Below are positions 50,073 to 61,635 of a stretch of DNA of 64,000 bases, piece by piece. The position numbers were made by a program, and so were the translations under genes. How positions within the stretch are numbered: position 1 is the first letter of the stretch; each line of letters starts with the position of its first letter. The notes beneath the pieces are model-generated. The model was not told where the DNA came from, searched no databases, and saw nothing but the letters and a program-made list of their open reading frames with translations. This DNA comes from an uncultured Acidobacteriota bacterium. GTDB lineage: Bacteria > Acidobacteriota > Vicinamibacteria > Fen-336. The DNA lies in NCBI GenBank assembly GCA_963720545.1, contig OY970399.1:1088001-1152000 (forward strand), written 5' to 3'.

Positions 50073-51613
50073 CGCGCGCTGTCCTGGCTGGCGGCGGCCT
50101 GCGGCTGCGGCAGGCGCACCTCGACCGGCCGGCTGGCCGCGTCACGCACGCTGCGCACCAGGCTGTCGATGGCGGGCTCCATCTTGTGCGTGAAGTAGGG
50201 GCTCGCGACCCCCATGAACAGGCTGAGCGCGACCAGCGGCACGAGCACCGCGAACTCGCGCGGCGAGAGGTCGGAAAGCCCGCGGTTCTTCTCGTTCGTC
50301 ACCTCGCCGTAGAGCACGCGCTGCAGCATCCACAGGACGTAGGCGGCCGCCAGGATCACGCCGATCGACGACACCGCCACCATGGTCTTGCTGAAGGGCC
50401 ACGACCCCATGAGGATCAGGAACTCGCCGACGAAGCCGTTGAAGCCGGGCACTGCGATCGACGACAGGCCGACCAGCAGGAACAGCGCGGAAAACCACGG
50501 CATGACGTTCTTGATGCCGCCGAACTCGGCGATCAGGCGGGTGTGGCGGCGATCGTAGAGCATGCCGACGCACAGGAACAAGGCGCCGGTGGAGATGCCG
50601 TGGTTCAGCATCTGGTAGACGGCGCCGGTCACCGAAGTGGTGGTGAACGCAGCGATGCCGAGCATGACGAAGCCGAGATGCGAGACGGACGAATAGGCGA
50701 CGAGCTTCTTCATGTCGGGCTGCACCAGCGAGACCAGCGCGCCGTAGATGATGCCGATCACGGCGAGCGCGCCGATCCACGGCGCGAAGCGCAGCGCCGC
50801 ATCCGGGAAGAGCGGCATGGCGATGCGCAGGAAGCCGTAGCCGCCCATCTTCAGGAGCACGCCGGCAAGGATGACGGAGCCGGCGGTCGGCGCCTCGACG
50901 TGCGCGTCGGGTAGCCAGGTGTGGAACGGCCACATCGGCACCTTGATCGCGAAGGCGAGCGCGCAGGCGAGGAACAGCCACACCTGCATTGCCGGCGCCA
51001 CCGGGTTGCGCGCCAGCGCGAGGATGTCGAGCGTGCTGCCGCCGGTGGTGCGGTAGAGCACCAGGAACGCCACCAGCATCAGCACGCTGCCGGCCATCGT
51101 GTAAAGGAAGAACTTGACCGCGGCATAGATGCGGCGCTCGTGGCCGAAGATGCCGATGAGGAAGTACATCGGGATCAGCATCGCTTCCCAGAAGATGTAG
51201 AAGAGGAAGAGGTCCAGGGCGCAGAAGACACCGAGCATGCCGGCCTCGAGCAGCAGCATGAAGATGTTGAATTCCTTGACGCGCTGGCCGATCGAGTCCC
51301 ACGAGGCGAGCAGCGACACCGGCGTCAGGAAGGTGGTGAGGACGATGAGCCACAGCGAAATGCCGTCGATGCCGAGGTGGTACGAAATGCCATAGTCGGG
51401 CAGCCAGGGGCGCGCCTCGGTGAACTGCATGCCAGGCACGCTCTGGAAACCGGCCACCAGCAGCAGCGACGCGGCAAAGAGGGCGACCGCGCCCACCAGG
51501 CTGACCGTCTTGACCAGCCGGTCGTTGCCGCGCGGCAAGAGCGCGATGAGCGCCGCGAGCGCCGCGGGCGCCACGATCAGCGCGGTCAGGAAGAAGCGGC
51601 TCATCGCATCCAC
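50069..51613 (-). CDS. nuoM: NADH-quinone oxidoreductase subunit M (alternative start 51604)
   Basis: GIDGIS, FWEAMLIPMY, KVPMWPFHTWLPDAHVEAP, AYSSVSHLG. Confidence 0.97.
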
Positions 51614-53541
51614 ACCAGGTAGGAGACGAACACCACGGCGCCGGCGAACAGCACCAGCGCGTAGCTGCGGATGAAGCCCGTCTGCAGCTCGCGCACGCCG
51701 GTGCCGAGGTCGCGCGTGATGCGGCCGACGCCGTTGACGCTGCCGTCGATGAGCGTTGCGTCCACTTCCTTCCAGAGCACCTTGTCGCTGCCCGAGACGA
51801 CCGCCGTCTTGACGAAGCCGTCGTAGGCCTCGTCGAAGTAGTACTTGTGTTCGAGCGCGTCCACCAGCGCCGGCACCTTTTCCTTCACCTTGTCGGGGCT
51901 GCGCGGGAAGGCGACGTACATGTAGTACGCGAGGAACGACGCGAGCACCGCGCCGCCGACCGCGGCGAACGGCACCCAGGTGACGTGCGCCTCATGGTGC
52001 GCGTCGAGGCGGAACACCGGGTCGACGAACTCGGGCAGGTTGAAATAGCCGGCGAGCGCCGAACCCACCGCGAGCAGCACCAGCGGCAGCAGCATCACCC
52101 ACGGCGACTCGTGCAGGTGGTGCTCCTGTTCGTGCGTGCCGCGGAACTGGCCGAAGAACGTCAGGAACACGAGCCGCGACATGTAGAACGCGGTGAGCAG
52201 CGCTGTCGCGAGGCCGATGAGGAACAGCCACTTGTGCCCGCCGTACGCGCTCAGCAGGATCGCGTCCTTGCTGAAATAGCCGGAGAAGCCGAGGGTCGCG
52301 ACGCCGATGCCCATGATCGCGAGCCAGCCGACGACGAAGGTGGCGAAGGTCCACGGGATCCTGCGCCACAGCCCGCCCATCTTCCACATGTCCTGCTCGC
52401 CGCCCATTGCGTGGATCACCGAGCCCGAGCCGAGGAACAGTAGCGCCTTGAAGAACGCGTGGGTGAAGAGATGGAAGACGGCCACCCCGAAGGCGCCGAC
52501 ACCGGCGGCCATGAACATGTAGCCGAGCTGGCTGACGGTCGAATAGGCGAGCACCTTCTTGATGTCGCTTTGCACCAGGGCGATGGTTGCCGCCATCAGC
52601 GCCGTGGCGGTGCCGATCACCGCCACCACCGTCATCGCCGTTGGCGACAGCGCGAAGAAAGGCGCGAGGCGCGACACCATGTAGACGCCCGCGGTCACCA
52701 TGGTCGCGGCATGGATGAGCGCCGACACCGGCGTCGGGCCTTCCATGGCGTCCGGCAGCCAGACGTGCAGCGGTATCTGCGCGCTCTTGCCGCAGGCGCC
52801 GACGAACAGCAGCAGGCAGGCGACCGTAACCGCGCCGAACTCCCAGGGAGCGTCGGGGGCGAGGGCGCCGGCGTTCGTCGCTATGTCCACGAAGTCGAGG
52901 CTGCCGAAGGCGTGGAACATCAGGATCATGCCGACGATCAGCCCGGCGTCGCCGATGCGGTTGACGATGAAGGCCTTCTTGCCGGCGTCGGAGGCGCTCT
53001 TCTTCTTGAACCAGAAGCCGATCAGCAGGTACGAGCACAGGCCGACGCCTTCCCAGCCGACGAACATCAGCGGCAGGTTGCCGCCGAGGATCAGCAGGAG
53101 CATGAAAAAGGTGAAGAGGTTGAGGTAGGAGAAGTAGCGCGGCCGCTCCTCGTCGTGCGCCATGTAGCCGACCGAGTACAGGTGGATGAGGAAGCCGATG
53201 CCGGTCACCACCAGCAGCAGCACCGCGGACAGCGGGTCGAGCAGCAGGTTGAGCGGCACCGAAAAGCCGCCGGCCTCCAGCCACTCGAAGCCGAGATAGG
53301 GCTGCGCGAAGCGCACGCCGCCTTCGCCCGGCGCCAGCTGCAACAGGCGGACCACGCAGACGATCGCCATCACGAACGAGCCGAACACGGTGCCGCATGC
53401 GAGCCAGGCGGCGCCGGCGCTCTCCTTGTGGCGCTTGATCGCGTCGCCGAACAGGGCGAGCACTGTGAAGCCGCAGAGCGGCAGCAGCAGGATCGCCCAG
53501 GGCAACAGCTCGAGCCAGCGGTCTTGGGTGGTGCCTAGCAT
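51601..53541 (-). CDS. nuoL: NADH-quinone oxidoreductase subunit L
   Basis: GWEGVGLCSY, NRIGD, GKSAQIPLHVWLPDAMEGPTP, THAFFKA. Confidence 0.97.
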   Translation of the reverse strand: MLGTTQDRWLELLPWAILLLPLCGFTVLALFGDAIKRHKESAGAAWLACGTVFGSFVMAIVCVVRLLQLAPGEGGVRFAQPYLGFEWLEAGGFSVPLNLLLDPLSAVLLLVVTGIGFLIHLYSVGYMAHDEERPRYFSYLNLFTFFMLLLILGGNLPLMFVGWEGVGLCSYLLIGFWFKKKSASDAGKKAFIVNRIGDAGLIVGMILMFHAFGSLDFVDIATNAGALAPDAPWEFGAVTVACLLLFVGACGKSAQIPLHVWLPDAMEGPTPVSALIHAATMVTAGVYMVSRLAPFFALSPTAMTVVAVIGTATALMAATIALVQSDIKKVLAYSTVSQLGYMFMAAGVGAFGVAVFHLFTHAFFKALLFLGSGSVIHAMGGEQDMWKMGGLWRRIPWTFATFVVGWLAIMGIGVATLGFSGYFSKDAILLSAYGGHKWLFLIGLATALLTAFYMSRLVFLTFFGQFRGTHEQEHHLHESPWVMLLPLVLLAVGSALAGYFNLPEFVDPVFRLDAHHEAHVTWVPFAAVGGAVLASFLAYYMYVAFPRSPDKVKEKVPALVDALEHKYYFDEAYDGFVKTAVVSGSDKVLWKEVDATLIDGSVNGVGRITRDLGTGVRELQTGFIRSYALVLFAGAVVFVSYLVWMR

Positions 53542-53545
53542 CCCG

Positions 53546-53854
53546 TCACCACTTCATGATGTTGAAGGAGTCCACGTCGAGGGTGTCCTTGTTGCGATGC
53601 AGCGCGATCACGATCGCGAGGCCCACCGCCGCCTCGGCGGCAGCGACCGCCATCACGAAGAACACCAGGATCTGGCCGTCGAGTGTGCCGTTCTGGCGGC
53701 TGAATGCGACGAACGCCAGGTTGACGGCATTGAGCATCAGCTCGATGCACATGAAGACGGTGATGATGTTGCGGCGCAGGAACACGCCGAGGGCACCGAC
53801 GCAGAAGAGCGCGGCGCTCAGGTAGAGGGCGGGCTGCACCAGTTCGTGGCTCAC
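53546..53854 (-). CDS. nuoK: NADH-quinone oxidoreductase subunit K
   Basis: [27 protein letters not shown]. Confidence 0.97.
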   Translation of the reverse strand: MSHELVQPALYLSAALFCVGALGVFLRRNIITVFMCIELMLNAVNLAFVAFSRQNGTLDGQILVFFVMAVAAAEAAVGLAIVIALHRNKDTLDVDSFNIMKW

Positions 53855-54348
53855 AGGTCCTTCTTCGCGAGGACCACGGCGCCGACGAGCGCGGCCAGGA
53901 TCAGCACCGAGGTGGCCTCGAACACGTACACGTATTGCGCCGAGAACAGCACCGCGGCCATGGCGCGGGTGGAAGCATCGAACTGGGCAGCCGCCGGCGG
54001 CAGCGCCGAACGCTGGTAGACGAGCGCCAGTTGCACGAACAGGCCCGCTGCGAGCAGCGCCGCGATGATCGCCAGGGTGCGGCCCTCCTTGCGGTCGTGG
54101 GCCTCGCGCTTCACGTTCAGCAGCATGATGACGAACAGGAACAGCACCATGATGGCGCCGGCGTAGACGATGATCTGCAGCACCGCGATGAACGGCGAGC
54201 CCAGCAGGCCGAAGATCGCCGACAACGAGCACAGTGTGATGATGAGCGCGAAGGCGCTGCGCGTCGGGTTGCGCTGGCCGATCACCACCAGGCCCGAGCC
54301 GAGCGCGACAGCGGCGAACGCGTAGAAGAGCGCGAGGTCGAGGCTCAT
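53851..54348 (-). CDS. nuoJ: NADH-quinone oxidoreductase subunit J
   Basis: [29 protein letters not shown]. Confidence 0.96.
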   Translation of the reverse strand: MSLDLALFYAFAAVALGSGLVVIGQRNPTRSAFALIITLCSLSAIFGLLGSPFIAVLQIIVYAGAIMVLFLFVIMLLNVKREAHDRKEGRTLAIIAALLAAGLFVQLALVYQRSALPPAAAQFDASTRAMAAVLFSAQYVYVFEATSVLILAALVGAVVLAKKDL

Positions 54349-55379
54349 CGGAAAGCCAGCCACGCGGCCGTCGCCACCACGTTCACGGTGGCCACGGGAA
54401 TCAGCACCTTCCAGCCGAAGTGCATCAGCTGGTCGTAGCGGAGACGCGGCACCGTGCCGCGCAGCCACACGAACACGAACAGGAAGAAGAACACCTTGGC
54501 GACGAACACCGCGAAGCCGACGCCGGGGAGCGTGTCCAGCGCCGGGATGCCGCTGTGCCAGCCGCCGAAGAACAGGTTGGCCGCCAGCACCGAGACCGTG
54601 ATCATGTTGACGTACTCGGCCATCTGCAGGAGTGCGAACTTCATCGACGAGTACTCGGTGTGAAACCCGGCCACCAGCTCGGTCTCACCTTCGGGCAGGT
54701 CGAACGGCAAGCGGCTGACCTCGGCGCACCCGGCGATGAAGTACACGAGGAAAGCGACGAACGGCAGCGGCAGCGCGAACACAAACCAGTTCCACACCGG
54801 CCCCGCCTGGTACGCGACGATGTCGGCGATGCGGAAGGAGCCGGTGAACATTATGATGCCCACCCACGAGAGCCCGAGGCTCAGCTCGTAGGAGAACAGC
54901 TGCGCCGACGAGCGCAGCCCGCCGATGAGCGCGTACTTGCTGTTCGACGCCCAGCCGGCCAGGACGATGCCGTAGACGCCGAGCGCCGTGATGGCGAAGA
55001 TGTAGAGCAGGCCGACGTCGAGGTCGGCGATCTGCATCTGGTACTCGCGGCCCCAGAGCGTGAACTTCGGGCCGTAAGGCACCACCGCGATCGCCATGAA
55101 GGCGGCGACCACCGACAGGCACGGCGCCAGCACGAACGCCCAGCGCTCGGCGCCCGCCGGCATCACTTCTTCCTTGAAGAACAGCTTGACCCCGTCCGCC
55201 ACTGGCTGCAGCAGGCCGAACGGGCCGACGCGGTTCGGGCCGAGGCGGAACTGCATGAACGCGAGCAGCCGGCGCTCGGCCCACGTCATCACGGTGAACA
55301 GCCCCTGGATGAGGCCGATGAGCACCGCGATCTTGACGAGTGCCACGAGCAGGTCCTGCTGCCACGGTGCCAGGTTCAT
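54345..55379 (-). CDS. nuoH: NADH-quinone oxidoreductase subunit H
   Basis: [40 protein letters not shown]. Confidence 0.98.
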   Translation of the reverse strand: MNLAPWQQDLLVALVKIAVLIGLIQGLFTVMTWAERRLLAFMQFRLGPNRVGPFGLLQPVADGVKLFFKEEVMPAGAERWAFVLAPCLSVVAAFMAIAVVPYGPKFTLWGREYQMQIADLDVGLLYIFAITALGVYGIVLAGWASNSKYALIGGLRSSAQLFSYELSLGLSWVGIIMFTGSFRIADIVAYQAGPVWNWFVFALPLPFVAFLVYFIAGCAEVSRLPFDLPEGETELVAGFHTEYSSMKFALLQMAEYVNMITVSVLAANLFFGGWHSGIPALDTLPGVGFAVFVAKVFFFLFVFVWLRGTVPRLRYDQLMHFGWKVLIPVATVNVVATAAWLAFR

Positions 55380-55385
55380 GGCGCG

Positions 55386-57248
55386 CTAGCGGGCGCCGTC
55401 CGTCGCCAGCACGCGCGTCTCCTGCGGCGCCGGCGTGGTCGCGGCGCGCGGCAGCGCACGGGCAGCGGCGAAGGTCGCGGCGACGCTCTTCCAGCAGCGC
55501 TTCTCGCGCACGTGGTACTCGTATTCCTCGCGGAACTTCTGGAGCGTCGACTGCGGCGGCGCGATGGCGGCATCGCCGAACGGGCACAGCGTCTTGCCGC
55601 CGATCGACTCGGTGACGTTCCACAGCACGTCGAGGTCCTTCTCGGTGCCGTGGCCCGCCTCGATGCGCTCCAGGATGCGCAGCATCCAGCCGGTGCCCTC
55701 GCGGCACGGCGAGCACTTGCCGCACGACTCGTGCTTGTAGAAGAAGGTCAGCTTCATCGCCATCCACACCATGCAGGTGCTGTCGTCCATGACGATGGTG
55801 CCGGCCGAGCCGAGCATCGAACCGGCCTTGGCGACGCCGTCGAAGTCCATCGGCACGTCGATCTCGTCGGCCGTCAGCACCGGTGTGGACGAGCCGCCGG
55901 GAACCACGGCGCGCAGCGTGCGCCCCGCGGGCACGCCGCCCGCGAAGTCGGGCGACTCGATCAGTTCGCGCAGCGTGATCTTGCCCATCGGCGCCTCGTA
56001 GGTGCCAGGGCGGTTGACGTTGCCGGAGATGGAATAGAGCTTGGGCCCGCCGTTCTTTTCGGTGCCGAGCGCCGCGAACCACTCGGCGCCGCGCTCCAGG
56101 ATGAGCGGCACGTTGACCAGCGTCTCGACGTTGTTGACGATCGTCGGCGACGCGTAGAGGCCGCTGGTCGCCGGGAACGGCGGCTTGAGCCGCGGCTGGC
56201 CGCGCTTGCCCTCGAGGCTTTCGAGGAGCGCAGTCTCTTCGCCGCACTCATAGGCGCCGGCGCCGCCGTGCACCACGCACTCGAGGTCGATGCCGGTGCC
56301 GAGGATGTTCCTGCCGAGGAGTCCGGCGGCATAGGCCTCGCCCACCGCCTTCTCGAGGATGCGGATGCCCTCGACGAACTCGCCCCTGATATAGATGAAG
56401 CACAGCTGCGAGCGGATCGCGTGCGCCGAGACGATGCACGCCTCGATGAGCTGGTGCGGATCGCGTTCGATCAGCAGGCGGTCCTTGAAGGTGCCCGGCT
56501 CGCTCTCGTCGGCGTTGACGCAGAGGTAGCGGGGCTTCGGGTTGTCCTTCGGCAGGAAGCTCCACTTGAGCCCGGTGGGAAACCCGGCGCCGCCGCGCCC
56601 GCGCAAGGTCGACTTCTTCACCGTCTCGACGATCTCGTCCGGGCTCGTGCGCAGGTGCTTCTCGAGGTGCTGGTAACCGCCACCGGCCTTGTAAGTCGCG
56701 AGCGAGGCCGAATCCTGCTTGAAGACATTGCGCAGCAGGATCTGTTCGCCCTTGCTCTGCGGCCAGTCGAAGTAGCGATAGGCATCGCCGCCGGCGATCA
56801 ACTTGTCCATGTCGGCGTCGGTCGCGTGCTCGAGCCACTCGCCGTTCACCTGCACCGCGGGGCCGCCGCCGCAGGCCGCGAGGCACTCGACGCGGGTGAC
56901 GACGAACTTGCCGTTGCCGGTGACCTCGCCTTCCTTCACGCCGAGCTTGGCGCAGGTGCGCTCGATGAGGCCGTCGGCGCCCATGAGCGCGCAGGAGAGA
57001 TTGGTGCACACCTCGATGTGCTTTTCGCCCCACGGCTTGAAGCGGAACATCGCGTAGTAGGACGCGGTGTCGTGCACCTGCGCGGGCGACAGCTCGAGCA
57101 GGGTGCCGATGTACTCCATCGCCTCGCGCGTCACGTAGCCTTCCTGCTGCTGCGCGAGGTGCAGCGCGGGCAGGATGGCGGAGCGCTTCACGGGATAGCG
57201 CTTCAGGATTTCGTCGAAGCGCTTCTTGCGGTCGGGCGTGAATTCCAT
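55386..57248 (-). CDS. nuoF: Fused NADH-quinone oxidoreductase subunits E and F
   Basis: NuoE half: CTNLSC...CLAAC. NuoF half: GRGGAGFPTG, NADESEPG, GAGAYECGEET, ESCGKCSPCREG...C. One 620-aa frame. Confidence 0.93.
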   Translation of the reverse strand: MEFTPDRKKRFDEILKRYPVKRSAILPALHLAQQQEGYVTREAMEYIGTLLELSPAQVHDTASYYAMFRFKPWGEKHIEVCTNLSCALMGADGLIERTCAKLGVKEGEVTGNGKFVVTRVECLAACGGGPAVQVNGEWLEHATDADMDKLIAGGDAYRYFDWPQSKGEQILLRNVFKQDSASLATYKAGGGYQHLEKHLRTSPDEIVETVKKSTLRGRGGAGFPTGLKWSFLPKDNPKPRYLCVNADESEPGTFKDRLLIERDPHQLIEACIVSAHAIRSQLCFIYIRGEFVEGIRILEKAVGEAYAAGLLGRNILGTGIDLECVVHGGAGAYECGEETALLESLEGKRGQPRLKPPFPATSGLYASPTIVNNVETLVNVPLILERGAEWFAALGTEKNGGPKLYSISGNVNRPGTYEAPMGKITLRELIESPDFAGGVPAGRTLRAVVPGGSSTPVLTADEIDVPMDFDGVAKAGSMLGSAGTIVMDDSTCMVWMAMKLTFFYKHESCGKCSPCREGTGWMLRILERIEAGHGTEKDLDVLWNVTESIGGKTLCPFGDAAIAPPQSTLQKFREEYEYHVREKRCWKSVAATFAAARALPRAATTPAPQETRVLATDGAR

Positions 57249-57268
57249 GGGCTGGCTTGCGGTGGCCG

Positions 57269-57643
57269 CTACCAGTCGAGCGCGCCGACCTTCCAGGCGT
57301 AAGCAAAGCCGCCGCCCAGCAAGGTCACGAAGGTCATCATCTCGACGAACGTGAATGCGCCGAGACCGGCCGCGACCAGGTCCCTGAAGATCAGCGCCCA
57401 CGGATACAGGAATGCGGCGTCCACGTCGAGCAGGATGAAGATCATGCAGACGAGGTAGAACTTGATCGGAAAACGCTCGCGGGCGGTGCCAATGGCAGGG
57501 ATTCCGCATTCGTATGCGGCGTCCTTCGCGGCGTTCGGCCGATGCTTGCCGAGGACCTGCGAGAGCACCACCGTGAAGACGGCGAAACCCGCGGCCACGA
57601 GACCGAGGAGCAGCACAGGGACGTAGGTTGGAAGGGTTTGCAT
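57269..57643 (-). CDS. nuoA: NADH-quinone oxidoreductase subunit A
   Basis: K..AYECG, KFYLV...FILLDVD, YPWA, GALDW. Confidence 0.96.
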   Translation of the reverse strand: MQTLPTYVPVLLLGLVAAGFAVFTVVLSQVLGKHRPNAAKDAAYECGIPAIGTARERFPIKFYLVCMIFILLDVDAAFLYPWALIFRDLVAAGLGAFTFVEMMTFVTLLGGGFAYAWKVGALDW

Positions 57644-57694
57644 TCTGTTGGCTGCGTGTAACTTCCGGCCCGTCGGCCAGGAACGTTGACGCGC

Positions 57695-57724
57695 ACTATA
57701 CCGTCAGCGTTCGACAACGGTCAA
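57695..57724 (-). promoter_or_regulatory. Putative sigma70 promoter of the nuo operon
   Basis: TTGACC-N18-TATAGT upstream of nuoA. Confidence 0.6.
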
Positions 57725-57889
57725 CGAACGCGAAGCGGCGTCTGTTTGGACTGATTGTAGAAACACGTCGGCAAAAGATGCAGGAACGCCTCCGCCACTC
57801 AGCGTCAGGTAGTCTGGTGTACACCAAGCGTCGGGCCGGCGGTGGCACCCGCCTTGCTCCGTGACCTGCGGGGAGGTCTGAATTCAACC

Positions 57890-59131
57890 ATGGCGACAGC
57901 GTCCGTCGAGCTTCGCCCGGCACGCCAGGAACTCATCCGCCAGGCGCGCCAGCGTAGCGACGAACTCTTTGCGATGCTGGATCCAGGCCTCCTTTTCGTC
58001 CGGCCCATCCCCTTGCGCCATCGGCTCGTGTTCTACCTGGGCCACCTGGAGGCGTTCGACTTCAATCAGCTGGTGAAGGCGGATGCCGGACCGCGAGGCT
58101 CGGTGCATCCGGCCTTCGAGAAGCTCTTCGACCGGGGCATCGACCCCGCCGCCGGCGAGGAGCCACAGGACACGGCGCGCGACTGGCCGGCGCGCGGCGA
58201 GATCGAGGCGTTCCGCAAGCGCACGCGCCTGGCCGTGGATGATGCGGTCGCCGCAGACCGCGCCGGCGACGACCTCGTGCACCTCATGGGCGAGCATCGC
58301 CTGATGCACGTCGAGACGCTCGCGTACATGCTGCACCAGCTGCCGGGCTCGGCGAAGAATCAGCCGCGCGGCGGCGTCACCCGCAGACGCCTCGGCCAGC
58401 TCGACCGCTCGCCGGTCGAGGTGCCGGAAGGCAAGGCGTTGCTCGGCCGCGAGCGCGGCACGGGCTGGGGCTGGGACAACGAGTTCGAAGCGAACTGTGT
58501 GCCGGTCGAAGCCTTTCGCATCGACCGCCACAAGGTGACGAACGGTGAGTACCTGCGCTACGTGCTCGCGACCGGCGCTCTTCCCCCGCACTTCTGGAGC
58601 AGGCAGGGCAGCACGTGGCTGTGGCGCGGCATGTTCGAGTCCGTGCCGCTGCCGCTCGACGCGCCGGTATTCGTCACCCACGACGAAGCCGACGCCTATG
58701 CGCAGTGGCGCGGCCAGCGGCTGCCGACCGAAGCCGAATTCCATCGCGCTGCCTACGGCACCCCCGAAGGCGGCGAACGCCCCTATCCGTGGGGCGCAGA
58801 GCCGCCGACCGCGGCCCGCGCGCACGCCGATTTCCACGGCTTCGATCCCGTGGACGTGGGCGCGACGCCGGAAGGCGACAGCGCCTTCGGCGCGGCGCAG
58901 ATGGTGGGCAACGGCTGGGAGTGGACTGCCACCCCGTTTGCCCCGTTTCCCGGCTTTGCGGCGCAACAGACCTACCCCGAGTACTCCGCCGATTTCTTCG
59001 ATTCCCGCCACTACGTCCTGAAGGGCGGCTCGCCGCGCACCGCCGCGGCGCTGCTGCGGCGTTCGTTCCGCAACTGGTTCCGGCCCGACTACCCCTACGT
59101 GTACGCTGCGTTTCGTTGTGTCGAGTCGTGA
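57890..59131 (+). CDS. egtB: Non-heme iron sulfoxide synthase (DinB_2 + FGE-sulfatase domains), ergothioneine biosynthesis
   Basis: FYLGH, EHRLMHVE (HxxxH), WDNE, RLPTEAE, GNGWEWT, YPEYSADFF, RRSFRNWF; adjacent to egtD. Confidence 0.85.
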   Translation: MATASVELRPARQELIRQARQRSDELFAMLDPGLLFVRPIPLRHRLVFYLGHLEAFDFNQLVKADAGPRGSVHPAFEKLFDRGIDPAAGEEPQDTARDWPARGEIEAFRKRTRLAVDDAVAADRAGDDLVHLMGEHRLMHVETLAYMLHQLPGSAKNQPRGGVTRRRLGQLDRSPVEVPEGKALLGRERGTGWGWDNEFEANCVPVEAFRIDRHKVTNGEYLRYVLATGALPPHFWSRQGSTWLWRGMFESVPLPLDAPVFVTHDEADAYAQWRGQRLPTEAEFHRAAYGTPEGGERPYPWGAEPPTAARAHADFHGFDPVDVGATPEGDSAFGAAQMVGNGWEWTATPFAPFPGFAAQQTYPEYSADFFDSRHYVLKGGSPRTAAALLRRSFRNWFRPDYPYVYAAFRCVES

Positions 59132-60129
59132 GCGGTTCCGGCTCCAGCATCAGGCGTGAGGATCGCCGCGGCGATCCGGCGCTGCGCGCCTTCGCCGGCG
59201 ACGTGCGCAGCGGCCTCGGCGCAACCGGCCAGAAGACGCTGCCCTGCCGCTACCTCTATGACGACCTCGGCTCGGCGCTGTTCGAAGCGATCACCTACCT
59301 CCCCGAGTACGGGCCGACGCGTGCCGACCTGCGCCTCCTGACCGGCCACGCGGGCGACATCGCGCGCCGCTTCACCGCGTCGCCGCTGGTGGTGGAACTG
59401 GGAAGCGGCTCCGGGCGCAAGACTCGGCCGCTGCTGCAGGCGTTCTCCCGGCTCGGTCCCATCGACTACCGCCCCATCGACGTCTCCGCCGCCGCGCTGC
59501 GCGCCTGCGTCGCCGACCTCTCGCCCGTCGCCAGGGTCTCGCCCATCGTCGGCGACTACTTCGAAGGGCTGCAGCAGGCGATCACGGCGCGCCATGGCCG
59601 CCGCGTGCTGCTGCTGTTCCTCGGCGGCACCATCGGCAATTTCGATCCCGCCGAGCGCGCGGCCTTCCTTGCCGGCATCGCACGGCAGCTGGCGCCCGGC
59701 GACCAGTTCCTGTTCGGCGCCGACCTCGTCACCGACGCGGAGAGGCTGCTGCCCGCGTACGACGATCCGCCGGGCGTGACCGCCGCCTTCGACAAGAACC
59801 TGCTGGCGCGCGTCAACCGCGAGCTGGGCGCCGACTTCGACCTCGACCTGTTCGAGCATGTGGCGGCGTTCGACGCGCGGCACTCGCGCGTCGAGATGCA
59901 CCTGCGAGCGAAGCGCGCGCAGCGCGTCAGCATCCCGGCGGCGCGCCTCGCCATCGACCTCGCCGCGGGCGAAACCATCTGGACCGAGTCGAGCTACAAG
60001 TTCAAGGGCGACGAGGTGCGCGCGTGGAGCGTGGACTTCGGCTTCCGCGGCGTCGCACAATGGATCGACGCCGAGTGGCAGTTCTCCGAGAACTTGTGGG
60101 AGCGGGGCTTCAACCAGCCGCGCTCCTGA
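59128..60129 (+). CDS. egtD: L-histidine N(alpha)-methyltransferase
   Basis: YLYDDLGSALFEAIT.LPEY, VELGSGS..KT, FLGGTIGNF, AYDD..GVTAAF, EMHL, TESSYKF. Confidence 0.95.
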   Translation: MSGSGSSIRREDRRGDPALRAFAGDVRSGLGATGQKTLPCRYLYDDLGSALFEAITYLPEYGPTRADLRLLTGHAGDIARRFTASPLVVELGSGSGRKTRPLLQAFSRLGPIDYRPIDVSAAALRACVADLSPVARVSPIVGDYFEGLQQAITARHGRRVLLLFLGGTIGNFDPAERAAFLAGIARQLAPGDQFLFGADLVTDAERLLPAYDDPPGVTAAFDKNLLARVNRELGADFDLDLFEHVAAFDARHSRVEMHLRAKRAQRVSIPAARLAIDLAAGETIWTESSYKFKGDEVRAWSVDFGFRGVAQWIDAEWQFSENLWERGFNQPRS

Positions 60130-60190
60130 ACCAGGGGCGGCCGCAACCCGTCTTGCGCTGGCGGGCCGCGAGACGCGATACTCAACGCGC

Positions 60191-61606
<1,416 letters not shown>

Positions 61607-61635
61607 CGCATGCCGATTACGAAAGGAGCCACACC

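Noticed and set aside
57249..57509. N-terminal extension of the NuoEF ORF as a nuoB/C/D remnant
   Set aside because: It is an alternate frame of nuoA; NuoE similarity begins at ATG 57248.
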